Of a DNA stretch of 32,000 nucleotides, positions 1 through 8,307 are shown in pieces (within the stretch, counting starts at the first letter, position 1; every line of letters begins with the position of its first letter). Origin of the DNA: Cupriavidus necator (GTDB lineage Bacteria; Pseudomonadota; Gammaproteobacteria; Burkholderiales; Burkholderiaceae); the NCBI RefSeq assembly GCF_016127575.1, contig NZ_CP066018.1, forward strand, positions 2,730,001 to 2,762,000, read 5' to 3'. Below the pieces are notes generated by a model. It saw only the letters and a list, made by a program, of their open reading frames with translations. It ran no database searches and was not told where the DNA came from. A program made the translations under genes and the position numbers.

Positions 1-285
1 CTGGCGGCGGTGGGCGGCGTGCTGATCGGGCTGACCATCGGCAAGCTCAATCCCTTTATCGGCTTTATCGCCGGCATCAAGGCCTTTACCGCGGCGGTGC
101 TGGGCGGCATCGGCAGCATCCCGGGCGCGATGCTCGGCGGCGTGCTGCTGGGCCTGGCGGAGACCTTCGCCTCGGGCTATATGCCGGCCGAGTACAAGGA
201 CGTGGTTGCGTTCAGCCTGCTGGTGCTGGTGCTGCTGTTCCGTCCGACCGGGCTGCTCGGCAAGCCTGACGTCGAAAAGGTCTGA
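1..285 (+). CDS. livH: Branched-chain amino acid ABC transporter permease LivH, C-terminal fragment (5' end lies outside the window)
   Basis: Frame 1 is open from base 1 to the TGA at 283-285. The translated tail ([36 protein letters not shown]...[11 protein letters not shown]) is the conserved LivH/BraD C-terminus. livM-livG-livF follow directly. Confidence 0.9.
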   Translation: MAAVGGVLIGLTIGKLNPFIGFIAGIKAFTAAVLGGIGSIPGAMLGGVLLGLAETFASGYMPAEYKDVVAFSLLVLVLLFRPTGLLGKPDVEKV

Positions 286-298
286 AAGAGGACGAGAC

Positions 299-1582
299 AT
301 GACCAACAACGTTTCCGCGATGCCCGCGGGCAAGGCCGCCGCACGCGGCGCCGCACCGGGACAATCGCTCAAGAATGCGATCACGGCCGCCGTGATGACG
401 GCCATCCTGACCATTCCCATCCTGGGCCTGCAGCTCAAGCTGGAAGGCTACAAGGTCGTGCTGGAGCCGCACTGGCGGCCGGTGTGGATCGCCGTGGCGG
501 CGGTCTTCCTGTTCCAGCTGTTCAAGCCGCTGCTGTCGCGCGCCGGCAGCGCGGTGCGCCTGCCGGCGGTGCCGCAGCTGGGCGCCCGGCAGCAGCGCGC
601 GGCGGTATGGATGCTGCTGGCGGTCGGGCTGGTGTGGCCGTTCTTCGGCTCGCGCGGCGCGGTCGACGTGGCCACGCTGGCGCTGATCTACGTGATCCTG
701 GGCCTGGGCCTGAATATCGTGGTGGGCTATGCCGGCCTGCTCGACCTGGGCTATGTCGGCTTCTACGCCATCGGCGGCTACACCTACGCGCTGCTCAACC
801 AGTATTTCGGGCTGGGCTTCTGGGAATGCCTGCCGATCGCCGCCGCGATGTCGGCCACCTTCGGCTTCCTGCTGGGTTTCCCGGTGCTGCGTTTGCGCGG
901 CGACTACCTGGCCATCGTGACACTTGGCTTCGGCGAGATCATCCGCCTGCTGGCCAACAACCTGACCAGCCTGACCGGCGGCCCGGATGGCGTGTCCGGC
1001 ATCCCGAAGCCGACCGTGTTCGGCATCGAGATGGCGCGCAGCGCGAGCGTGGAGGGCGCCAAGACCTTTCATGACCTGCTGGGCTGGGACTACAGCGGCC
1101 AGCACATGGTGATCTTCCTGTACCTGCTGGCGCTGCTGCTGGTGGGCTTCACGCTGTTCGTCACCAGCCGCCTGATCCGCATGCCGATGGGCCGCGCCTG
1201 GGAAGCGCTGCGCGACGACGAGATCGCGTGCCGCTCGCTGGGCCTGAACCCGACCCGCATCAAGCTGTCGGCGTTCACGCTGGGAGCTTCGTTCGCCGGC
1301 ATCGGCGGCGCTTTCTTCGCGGCGCGCCAGGGCCTGGTCAATCCGGAATCGTTCACCTTCATCGAGTCGGCGCTGATCCTCGCCGTGGTGGTGCTGGGCG
1401 GCATGGGTTCGCAGCTGGGCGTGATCCTGGCGGCGATCCTGCTGACGGTGCTGCCCGAGGTGGCGCGCGGTTTTGCCGAATATCGCATGCTGATCTTCGG
1501 CCTGGTGATGGTGCTGATGATGATGTGGCGTCCGCAGGGCCTGCTGCCCGCGAGCCGTCCCCACGTGGAGTTGCCGAAATGA
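299..1582 (+). CDS. livM: Branched-chain amino acid ABC transporter permease LivM
   Basis: ORF 206..1582. I place the start at ATG 299 ([12 protein letters not shown]...), preceded by AAAGAGGACGAG, 14 nt after the livH stop. The protein is polytopic with LivM-type motifs ([32 protein letters not shown]). Its stop overlaps the livG start (ATGA). Confidence 0.92.
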   Translation: MTNNVSAMPAGKAAARGAAPGQSLKNAITAAVMTAILTIPILGLQLKLEGYKVVLEPHWRPVWIAVAAVFLFQLFKPLLSRAGSAVRLPAVPQLGARQQRAAVWMLLAVGLVWPFFGSRGAVDVATLALIYVILGLGLNIVVGYAGLLDLGYVGFYAIGGYTYALLNQYFGLGFWECLPIAAAMSATFGFLLGFPVLRLRGDYLAIVTLGFGEIIRLLANNLTSLTGGPDGVSGIPKPTVFGIEMARSASVEGAKTFHDLLGWDYSGQHMVIFLYLLALLLVGFTLFVTSRLIRMPMGRAWEALRDDEIACRSLGLNPTRIKLSAFTLGASFAGIGGAFFAARQGLVNPESFTFIESALILAVVVLGGMGSQLGVILAAILLTVLPEVARGFAEYRMLIFGLVMVLMMMWRPQGLLPASRPHVELPK

Positions 1583-2345
1583 GCGCGGATTTGCTGAAAG
1601 TCTCCGGCCTGCAGATGCGCTTCGGCGGCTTGCTGGCCGTGGACGGTATTGATTTCAATGTGCGCAGCGACGAGGTCTTCGCCATCATCGGCCCTAATGG
1701 CGCCGGCAAGACCACGGTGTTCAACTGCGTGGGCGGCTTCTACAAGCCCACCGCGGGCGAGGTCACGCTGGACGGCCACGCCATCGCCGGCCTGCCCAGC
1801 CACCAGGTAGCGCGCAAGGGCCTGGTGCGGACCTTCCAGAACATCCGCCTGTTCAAGTCGCTGACGGTGGTGGAAAACCTGCTGGTGGCGCAGCACCGCC
1901 AGGTGCAGGCGGGCATCCTGCGCGGCCTGTTCGCCACGCCGGCCTACCGCCGCGCCGAGCGCGAGGCGCTGGAGCGCGCCGCGGTCTGGCTTGAACGCAT
2001 GGGGCTGACCTCGGTGGCCAACCGCGAGGCGGGCACGCTGTCGTACGGCCACCAGCGCCGGCTGGAGATCGCGCGCTGCATGATCACCAAGCCGCGCCTG
2101 TTGATGCTGGACGAGCCGGCGGCCGGCCTGAACCCGCAGGAGAAGATCGAGCTGCAGCAGCTGATCGACCAGCTGCGGCGCGAGTTCGGCATTGCCGTGC
2201 TGCTGATCGAGCACGACATGAGCCTGGTGATGGGCGTGTCCGACCGCATCCTGGTGATGGAGCACGGCAAGCCGATCGTTACGGCCGCGCCTGAGGAAGT
2301 GCGCAACGACCCGCGCGTGATCAAGGCCTACCTGGGAGAGGACTG

Positions 2346-2346
<1 letters not shown>
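1579..2346 (+). CDS. livG: Branched-chain amino acid ABC transporter ATP-binding protein LivG
   Basis: Start at ATG 1579 ([17 protein letters not shown]), overlapping the livM TGA. Walker [10 protein letters not shown], signature [13 protein letters not shown], Walker B LLMLDEP. Confidence 0.95.
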
Positions 2347-3047
<701 letters not shown>

Positions 3048-3053
3048 TCCCAA

Positions 3054-3095
3054 GAGGCCGCGGCCCCGCCTGGCGGGCCGCGGCCTTTTCCTTTT
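3054..3095 (+). terminator. Intrinsic terminator after the liv operon
   Basis: AGGCCGCGGCCCCGCC / GGCGGGCCGCGGCCT form a stem of about 15 bp with one bulged C. It is followed by TTTTCCTTTT, 7 nt after the livF stop. Confidence 0.8.
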
Positions 3096-3164
3096 CGCCA
3101 TCCGCGAAATCCCCCTTTCGCCAATCACATTACATTGCAGCCGCTGCCCGGGCCGGGCAGGGGG

Positions 3165-3192
3165 CTGACCGCCACACCCCCTGTGGCATAAT
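3165..3192 (+). promoter_or_regulatory. Candidate sigma70 promoter for leuCDB
   Basis: CTGACC (3165-3170), 16-bp spacer, CATAAT (3187-3192) with an upstream TGg (extended -10). This would give a leader of about 180 nt before leuC. Sequence match only. Confidence 0.3.
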
Positions 3193-3379
3193 CAATTGCC
3201 AAGTCAAGCATTGCGGCAACGCTTGAAATAACGCTCGCTTCAGGCGGCTTCCGGCGCGATTATCGCTATCGCCACCCGCTCGCCACCGCGACCGAAGCGA
3301 ATAAAACCCCTGCAAACTACCGCGCGGTCACCGCGGACCACTCCTGCAAAGGATCGGTCTTCCGGCCCGCCATCGCATC

Positions 3380-4789
3380 ATGGCCAAGACGCTCTACGAC
3401 AAACTCTGGGATGACCACACCGTCCACGTCGAGGAAGACGGCACCACGCTGCTCTACATCGACCGCCACCTGCTGCATGAAGTGACCAGCCCGCAGGCGT
3501 TCGAAGGGCTGAAGCTGGCGGAGCGTCCGGTATGGCGCATCAGCGCCAACCTGGCCGTGTCGGACCACAACGTGCCGACCACCGACCGCAGCCACGGCAT
3601 TGCCGATCCGGTGTCGAAGCTGCAGGTCGATACGCTGGATGCCAACTGCGACAGCTACGGCATCACCCAGTTCAAGATGAACGACCACCGCCAGGGCATC
3701 GTGCACGTGATCGGGCCGGAGCAGGGCGCCACGCTGCCGGGCATGACGGTGGTGTGCGGGGACTCGCATACCAGCACGCATGGCGCGTTTGGCGCGCTCG
3801 CGCATGGCATCGGCACCTCGGAAGTTGAGCATGTGCTGGCTACCCAGACGCTGTTGGGCAAGAAGGCCAGGAACATGCTGGTCAAGGTGGAAGGCAAGCT
3901 GCCGCGCGGCTGCACCGCCAAGGACATCGTGCTGGCCGTGATCGGCAAGATCGGCACCGCGGGCGGCACCGGCTACACCATCGAGTTCGCCGGCTCGGCC
4001 ATCCGCGACCTGACCATGGAAGGCCGCATGACGGTCTGCAACATGGCCATCGAGGCGGGCGCGCGCGCCGGCCTGGTGGCGGTGGACGACGTCACGCTCG
4101 AATACGTGAAGGGCCGCCCCTACGCGCCGCAGGGCGTGGAGTGGGAGCAGGCCGTGGCCTACTGGCGCACGCTGCATTCGGATGCCGGGGCCAAGTTCGA
4201 CCAGGTGGTCGAGCTGCGCGCCGAGGACGTCCGTCCGCAGGTGACCTGGGGTACCTCGCCAGAAATGGTGATCAGCATCGAAGACCGCGTGCCGGATCCC
4301 GAGAAGGAGAAGGACCCGAACAAGCGCAACGCGATGGAGCGCGCGCTCGAATACATGGGCCTGCAGCCCAACGTGCCGGTCGAGAGCATCAATATCGACA
4401 AGGTCTTCATCGGTTCGTGCACCAACAGCCGCATCGAAGACATGCGCGCCGCCGCGTGGGTGGTGCAGAAGCTCGGTCGCAAGGTCGCCGGCAACGTGAA
4501 GCTGGCGATGGTGGTGCCGGGCTCGGGCCTGGTCAAGGAACAGGCCGAGCGCGAAGGCCTGGACAAGATCTTCAAGGCCGCGGGCTTTGAATGGCGCGAG
4601 CCGGGCTGCTCGATGTGCCTGGCCATGAATGCCGACCGCCTCGATCCTGGCGAGCGTTGCGCGTCGACCTCGAACCGCAACTTCGAAGGCCGCCAGGGCG
4701 CGGGCGGGCGCACCCACCTGGTGAGCCCGGCGATGGCAGCGGCCGCAGCCATCGAAGGCCATTTCGTCGATATCCGCAAGCTGGGCTGA
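3380..4789 (+). CDS. leuC: 3-isopropylmalate dehydratase large subunit
   Basis: 469-aa ORF. It starts [16 protein letters not shown] and contains the aconitase-family Fe-S motifs ([33 protein letters not shown]). Confidence 0.97.
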   Translation: MAKTLYDKLWDDHTVHVEEDGTTLLYIDRHLLHEVTSPQAFEGLKLAERPVWRISANLAVSDHNVPTTDRSHGIADPVSKLQVDTLDANCDSYGITQFKMNDHRQGIVHVIGPEQGATLPGMTVVCGDSHTSTHGAFGALAHGIGTSEVEHVLATQTLLGKKARNMLVKVEGKLPRGCTAKDIVLAVIGKIGTAGGTGYTIEFAGSAIRDLTMEGRMTVCNMAIEAGARAGLVAVDDVTLEYVKGRPYAPQGVEWEQAVAYWRTLHSDAGAKFDQVVELRAEDVRPQVTWGTSPEMVISIEDRVPDPEKEKDPNKRNAMERALEYMGLQPNVPVESINIDKVFIGSCTNSRIEDMRAAAWVVQKLGRKVAGNVKLAMVVPGSGLVKEQAEREGLDKIFKAAGFEWREPGCSMCLAMNADRLDPGERCASTSNRNFEGRQGAGGRTHLVSPAMAAAAAIEGHFVDIRKLG

Positions 4790-4808
4790 AGAAGCAAGGA
4801 AAGAGAAC

Positions 4809-5459
4809 ATGGACAAGTTCACCGTACATAGCGGCCTCGTAGCCCCGCTCGACCGCGAGAACGTCGATACCGACGCCATCATCCCGAAGCAGTTCCTGAA
4901 GTCGATCAAGCGCACCGGCTTCGGCCCCAACCTGTTCGACGAGTGGCGCTACAAGGACGTCGGCGAGCCCGGCATGGACAACAGCAAGCGTCCGCTGAAC
5001 CCGGACTTCGTGCTGAACCAGCCGCGCTACCAGGGTGCGTCGATCCTGCTGGCGCGCCGCAACTTCGGCTGCGGCAGCTCGCGCGAGCACGCACCGTGGG
5101 CGCTGACGCAATACGGCTTCCGCGCCGTGATCGCGCCCAGCTTTGCCGACATCTTCTTCAACAACTGCTACAAGAACGGCCTGTTGCCGGTGGTGCTGAC
5201 CGAACAGCAGGTCGACCACCTGTTCAACGAGACCAACGCCTTCAACGGCTACAAGCTGACCATCGACCTGGACAAGCAGGTGGTGCTGACGGCGGGCGGC
5301 CAGGCGTATGAGTTCGACATCGCCCCGTTCCGCAAGTACTGCATGCTGAACGGCTTCGACGATATCGGCCTGACGCTGCGCCATGCCGACAAGATCAAGG
5401 CCTATGAGGCCGAGCGCGTGGCCAAGATGCCGTGGCTGAACAACCGCCTGGTCGGATAA
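4809..5459 (+). CDS. leuD: 3-isopropylmalate dehydratase small subunit
   Basis: 216-aa ORF 20 nt after leuC. Contains the LeuD swivel-domain sequence ([26 protein letters not shown]). Confidence 0.97.
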   Translation: MDKFTVHSGLVAPLDRENVDTDAIIPKQFLKSIKRTGFGPNLFDEWRYKDVGEPGMDNSKRPLNPDFVLNQPRYQGASILLARRNFGCGSSREHAPWALTQYGFRAVIAPSFADIFFNNCYKNGLLPVVLTEQQVDHLFNETNAFNGYKLTIDLDKQVVLTAGGQAYEFDIAPFRKYCMLNGFDDIGLTLRHADKIKAYEAERVAKMPWLNNRLVG

Positions 5460-5481
5460 GACTCAACGAGGAAAGACAACA

Positions 5482-6549
5482 ATGAAGATCGCAGTCCTGC
5501 CGGGTGACGGCATCGGTCCCGAAATCGTCGCGGAGGCCGTCAAGGTCCTGAACGCGCTCGACGAGAAGTTCGAACTGGAAACCGCCCCGGTGGGCGGCGC
5601 CGGCTACGAGGCCGAAGGCCATCCGCTGCCGGAGAACACCCTGAAGCTGGCCAAGGAAGCCGACGCCATCCTGTTCGGTGCCGTCGGCGACTGGAAGTAC
5701 GACAGCCTGGATCGTCCGCTGCGCCCGGAGCAGGCCATCCTGGGCCTGCGCAAGCACCTGCAGCTGTTCGCCAACTTCCGCCCGGCAATCTGCTATCCGG
5801 AGCTGACCGGCGCTTCGAGCCTGAAGCCCGAGCTGGTGGCCGGCCTCGACATCCTGATCGTGCGCGAACTGAACGGCGACATCTACTTCGGCCAGCCGCG
5901 CGGCGTGCGCGAAGCGCCGGACGGCCTGTTCAAGGGTGCGCGCGAAGGCTTCGACACCATGCGCTACAGCGAGCCCGAAATCCGCCGCATCGCCCACGTG
6001 GCGTTCCAGGCCGCGGCCAAGCGCGGCAAGAAGCTGTGCAGCGTCGACAAGGCCAACGTGCTCGAGACCTTCCAGTTCTGGAAGGACATCGTGATCGAGG
6101 TGCACAAGGAGTACCCGGAGGTCGAACTGTCGCACATGTACGTCGACAACGCGGCCATGCAGCTGGTCAAGGCGCCCAAGAGCTTCGACGTGATCGTCAC
6201 CGGCAATATGTTCGGCGACATCCTGTCGGACGAGGCCGCCATGCTGACCGGCTCGATCGGCATGCTGCCGTCGGCGTCGCTGGATGCCAACAACAAGGGC
6301 CTGTACGAACCGTCGCACGGCTCTGCACCCGACATCGCCGGCAAGGGCGTGGCCAACCCGCTGGCGACAATCCTGTCGGCGGCGATGATGCTGCGCTACT
6401 CGCTGAACCGCGCCGAGCAGGCCGACCGCATCGAGAACGCCGTCAAGAAGGTGCTGGCCCAGGGCTACCGCACCGGCGATATCCTGACGCCGGGTTGCAA
6501 GCAGGTCGGCACCCGCGAGATGGGTGACGCTGTGCTGGCGGCACTGTAA
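5482..6549 (+). CDS. leuB: 3-isopropylmalate dehydrogenase
   Basis: 355-aa ORF starting [16 protein letters not shown]. Contains the isocitrate/isopropylmalate dehydrogenase signature [26 protein letters not shown]. Confidence 0.97.
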   Translation: MKIAVLPGDGIGPEIVAEAVKVLNALDEKFELETAPVGGAGYEAEGHPLPENTLKLAKEADAILFGAVGDWKYDSLDRPLRPEQAILGLRKHLQLFANFRPAICYPELTGASSLKPELVAGLDILIVRELNGDIYFGQPRGVREAPDGLFKGAREGFDTMRYSEPEIRRIAHVAFQAAAKRGKKLCSVDKANVLETFQFWKDIVIEVHKEYPEVELSHMYVDNAAMQLVKAPKSFDVIVTGNMFGDILSDEAAMLTGSIGMLPSASLDANNKGLYEPSHGSAPDIAGKGVANPLATILSAAMMLRYSLNRAEQADRIENAVKKVLAQGYRTGDILTPGCKQVGTREMGDAVLAAL

Positions 6550-6561
6550 GTCACACCGGAA

Positions 6562-6600
6562 GGGGGCACTGCGCGAGTAATGCCCCCTTTGTCTGATTTG
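6562..6600 (+). terminator. Intrinsic terminator after leuB
   Basis: GGGGGCA (6562-6568) pairs with TGCCCCC (6581-6587) around a 12-nt loop. It is followed by the T-rich tail TTTGTCTGATTTG, 12 nt after the leuB stop. Confidence 0.75.
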
Positions 6601-6662
6601 TCCCCGTTATTTCCCCTATCTGCACGCTGCGGCAGCGCCGCAAAATCGTGTAGACTCTGCCG

Positions 6663-6794
6663 ATGGCCCGATTTTCCCAGTCCACCCTGACTGCTGTTGC
6701 TGCCCTGACCGCTACCCGCGGCCCGGTCGGCACGATTTCGCTCGGCCAGACCGCAACGACGATTAAAACCATTATTAAAACCGCGATCGCCTAG
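6663..6794 (+). promoter_or_regulatory. Candidate leader mini-ORF (43 codons) upstream of asd; speculative
   Basis: ATG 6663 to TAG 6792-6794 encodes MARFSQSTLTAVAALTATRGPVGTISLGQTATTIKTIIKTAIA. The C-terminal T/I/K run is encoded by a 9-bp direct repeat, ATTAAAACC, at 6762-6770 and 6774-6782. No clear SD. A TAGACT -10-like hexamer at 6651-6656 would put a transcription start near the ATG. See findings. Confidence 0.25.
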
Positions 6795-6884
6795 ATCCGT
6801 TCGTCGTGCCTGCCCGTCTTCCCCGCGCAGCCACGCCGGGCGAGGAAAATGGCGGGGAAGTAAAAATCACATCCGAGGTAAATC

Positions 6885-8021
6885 ATGATTGTAGGTCTCG
6901 TCGGTTGGCGGGGAATGGTCGGCAGCGTCCTGATGCAGCGCATGCAGGAAGAGCGTGATTTCGACCAGATCGAGCCCGTCTTCTTCAGCACGTCCAATGC
7001 CGGCGGCAAGGCGCCCGCCATGGCGAAGAACGAAACCACGCTGAAAGATGCCAATGACATCGAAGCGCTGAAGAAGTGCGACGTGGTGCTGACCGCCCAG
7101 GGCGGCGACTACACCAACGAGGTCTTCCCCAAGCTGCGCGCGGCCGGCTGGAAGGGCTACTGGATCGACGCGGCCTCCTCGCTGCGCATGAAGGACGATG
7201 CCATCATCGTGCTGGATCCGGTCAACCAGGGTGTGATCAAGGACGCGCTGTCCAAGGGCGTCAAGAATTTCATCGGTGGCAACTGCACGGTCAGCTGCAT
7301 GCTGATGGGCCTCGGTGGCCTGTTCCAGGCCGACCTGATCGAGTGGATGACGTCGATGACGTACCAGGCCGCTTCCGGCGGCGGTGCGCAGCATATGCGC
7401 GAGCTGCTGACGCAGTTCGGCACGCTGAACGCGTCGGTCAAGCCGCTGCTGGACAACCCGGCCTCGGCCATCCTGGAAATCGACCGCACCATCCTGGCGA
7501 CCCAGCACGGCCTGTCCGCCGAGGAAACCAAGCAGTTCGGCGTGCCATTGGCCGGCAACCTGATCCCCTGGATCGACAAGGACCTGGGCAACGGCCAGTC
7601 CAGGGAAGAATGGAAGGGCGGCGCCGAGACCAACAAGATCCTGGGCCGCGGTGAAGGCTTCCTGGGTGCGACCGGCGCCACGCCGATCGCCGTCGACGGC
7701 CTGTGCGTGCGCATCGGCGCCATGCGCTGCCACTCGCAGGCGCTGACCATCAAGCTGCGCAAGGATGTGCCGCTCGATGAGATCGAAGGCATGCTCGCCG
7801 CCCACAACCCGTGGGCCAAGGTGGTGCCGAACACGCGCGACGCCAGCATGACCGACCTGACGCCCGCAGCAGTGACCGGCACGCTGAACATCCCGGTCGG
7901 CCGCCTGCGCAAGATGCAGATGGGCGGCGAGTACCTGTCTGCCTTCACGGTCGGCGACCAGCTGCTGTGGGGCGCGGCCGAGCCGCTGCGCCGCATGCTG
8001 CGTATCCTGATCGAGTCCTGA
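6885..8021 (+). CDS. asd: Aspartate-semialdehyde dehydrogenase
   Basis: 378-aa ORF starting [20 protein letters not shown]. Active-site context GGNCTVS. SD GAGGT lies 6 nt upstream of the ATG. Confidence 0.97.
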   Translation: MIVGLVGWRGMVGSVLMQRMQEERDFDQIEPVFFSTSNAGGKAPAMAKNETTLKDANDIEALKKCDVVLTAQGGDYTNEVFPKLRAAGWKGYWIDAASSLRMKDDAIIVLDPVNQGVIKDALSKGVKNFIGGNCTVSCMLMGLGGLFQADLIEWMTSMTYQAASGGGAQHMRELLTQFGTLNASVKPLLDNPASAILEIDRTILATQHGLSAEETKQFGVPLAGNLIPWIDKDLGNGQSREEWKGGAETNKILGRGEGFLGATGATPIAVDGLCVRIGAMRCHSQALTIKLRKDVPLDEIEGMLAAHNPWAKVVPNTRDASMTDLTPAAVTGTLNIPVGRLRKMQMGGEYLSAFTVGDQLLWGAAEPLRRMLRILIES

Positions 8022-8035
8022 TCCGGTGCTCCCGC

Positions 8036-8072
8036 CTGTTGCCTGGTTGCGTCCGTTGCAGCCAGGCAACAG
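8036..8072 (+). other. Perfect 11-bp hairpin just after asd
   Basis: CTGTTGCCTGG (8036-8046) pairs with CCAGGCAACAG (8062-8072) around a 15-nt loop. There is no U-tail. It is the first of two tandem hairpins downstream of asd. Confidence 0.6.
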
Positions 8073-8089
8073 AATGGACCGCTTTGCAG

Positions 8090-8122
8090 ACAACGCCGCG
8101 CCCGTGCGCGGCGTTGTTGTAT
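8090..8122 (+). terminator. Probable intrinsic terminator after asd
   Basis: ACAACGCCGCGC (8090-8101) pairs with GCGCGGCGTTGT (8106-8117), a perfect 12-bp stem with loop CCGT and a T-rich end TTGTTGTAT. Confidence 0.6.
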
Positions 8123-8307
8123 CCGGACGCCTATTTTCCCTGGTGATGCGTCACAATACGCCGGCATGCGCTTCGCGCCAGGCAGGGTTTGGCGTCTGCG
8201 CGCGGCTGGAGAAGGGGTGCGCCGAGAACGCCCCGCCAGCCTGCCGGACCTGGTTTTGGGGTCGGTCTGTCGATTCATATCGCTACTAAAACATAACGGA
8301 GCATAAG

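Noticed and set aside
212-1564. A long antisense ORF (450 aa) opposite livM. Similar long ORFs lie opposite leuC (3317-4930), asd (6867-8093), fimV (9775-11241), accD/folC (15944-18187), metZ (21686-22852) and kdpD (27312-29366).
   Set aside because: These are typical high-GC artefacts. Stop codons are rare in the antisense and shifted frames of GC3-rich genes. The translations are Arg/Ala/His/Gln/Gly-rich low-complexity sequence with no recognisable motifs. Each one fully overlaps a gene with strong family signatures on the other strand.
3196-3231. A possible leucine leader peptide upstream of leuC (TTG CCA AGT CAA GCA TTG CGG CAA CGC TTG AAA TAA), with rare TTG Leu codons.
   Set aside because: It has only 11 codons with 2 internal Leu. 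It would begin 4 nt after the candidate -10, so probably upstream of or at the transcription start. It has no SD, and no terminator hairpin with a U-tract lies anywhere in the 180-nt leuC leader.
8143-8154. A CRP/Vfr-like palindrome, GTGA-TGCG-TCAC(A), upstream of fimV.
   Set aside because: The half-sites are separated by 4 nt, not the 6 nt of the TGTGA-N6-TCACA consensus. It is a single occurrence and cannot be told apart from chance by eye.
8026-8289. An 87-aa plus-strand ORF in the asd-fimV spacer.
   Set aside because: It runs straight through both post-asd hairpins and the terminator. It has no SD, its composition is poor, and it has no recognisable domain.
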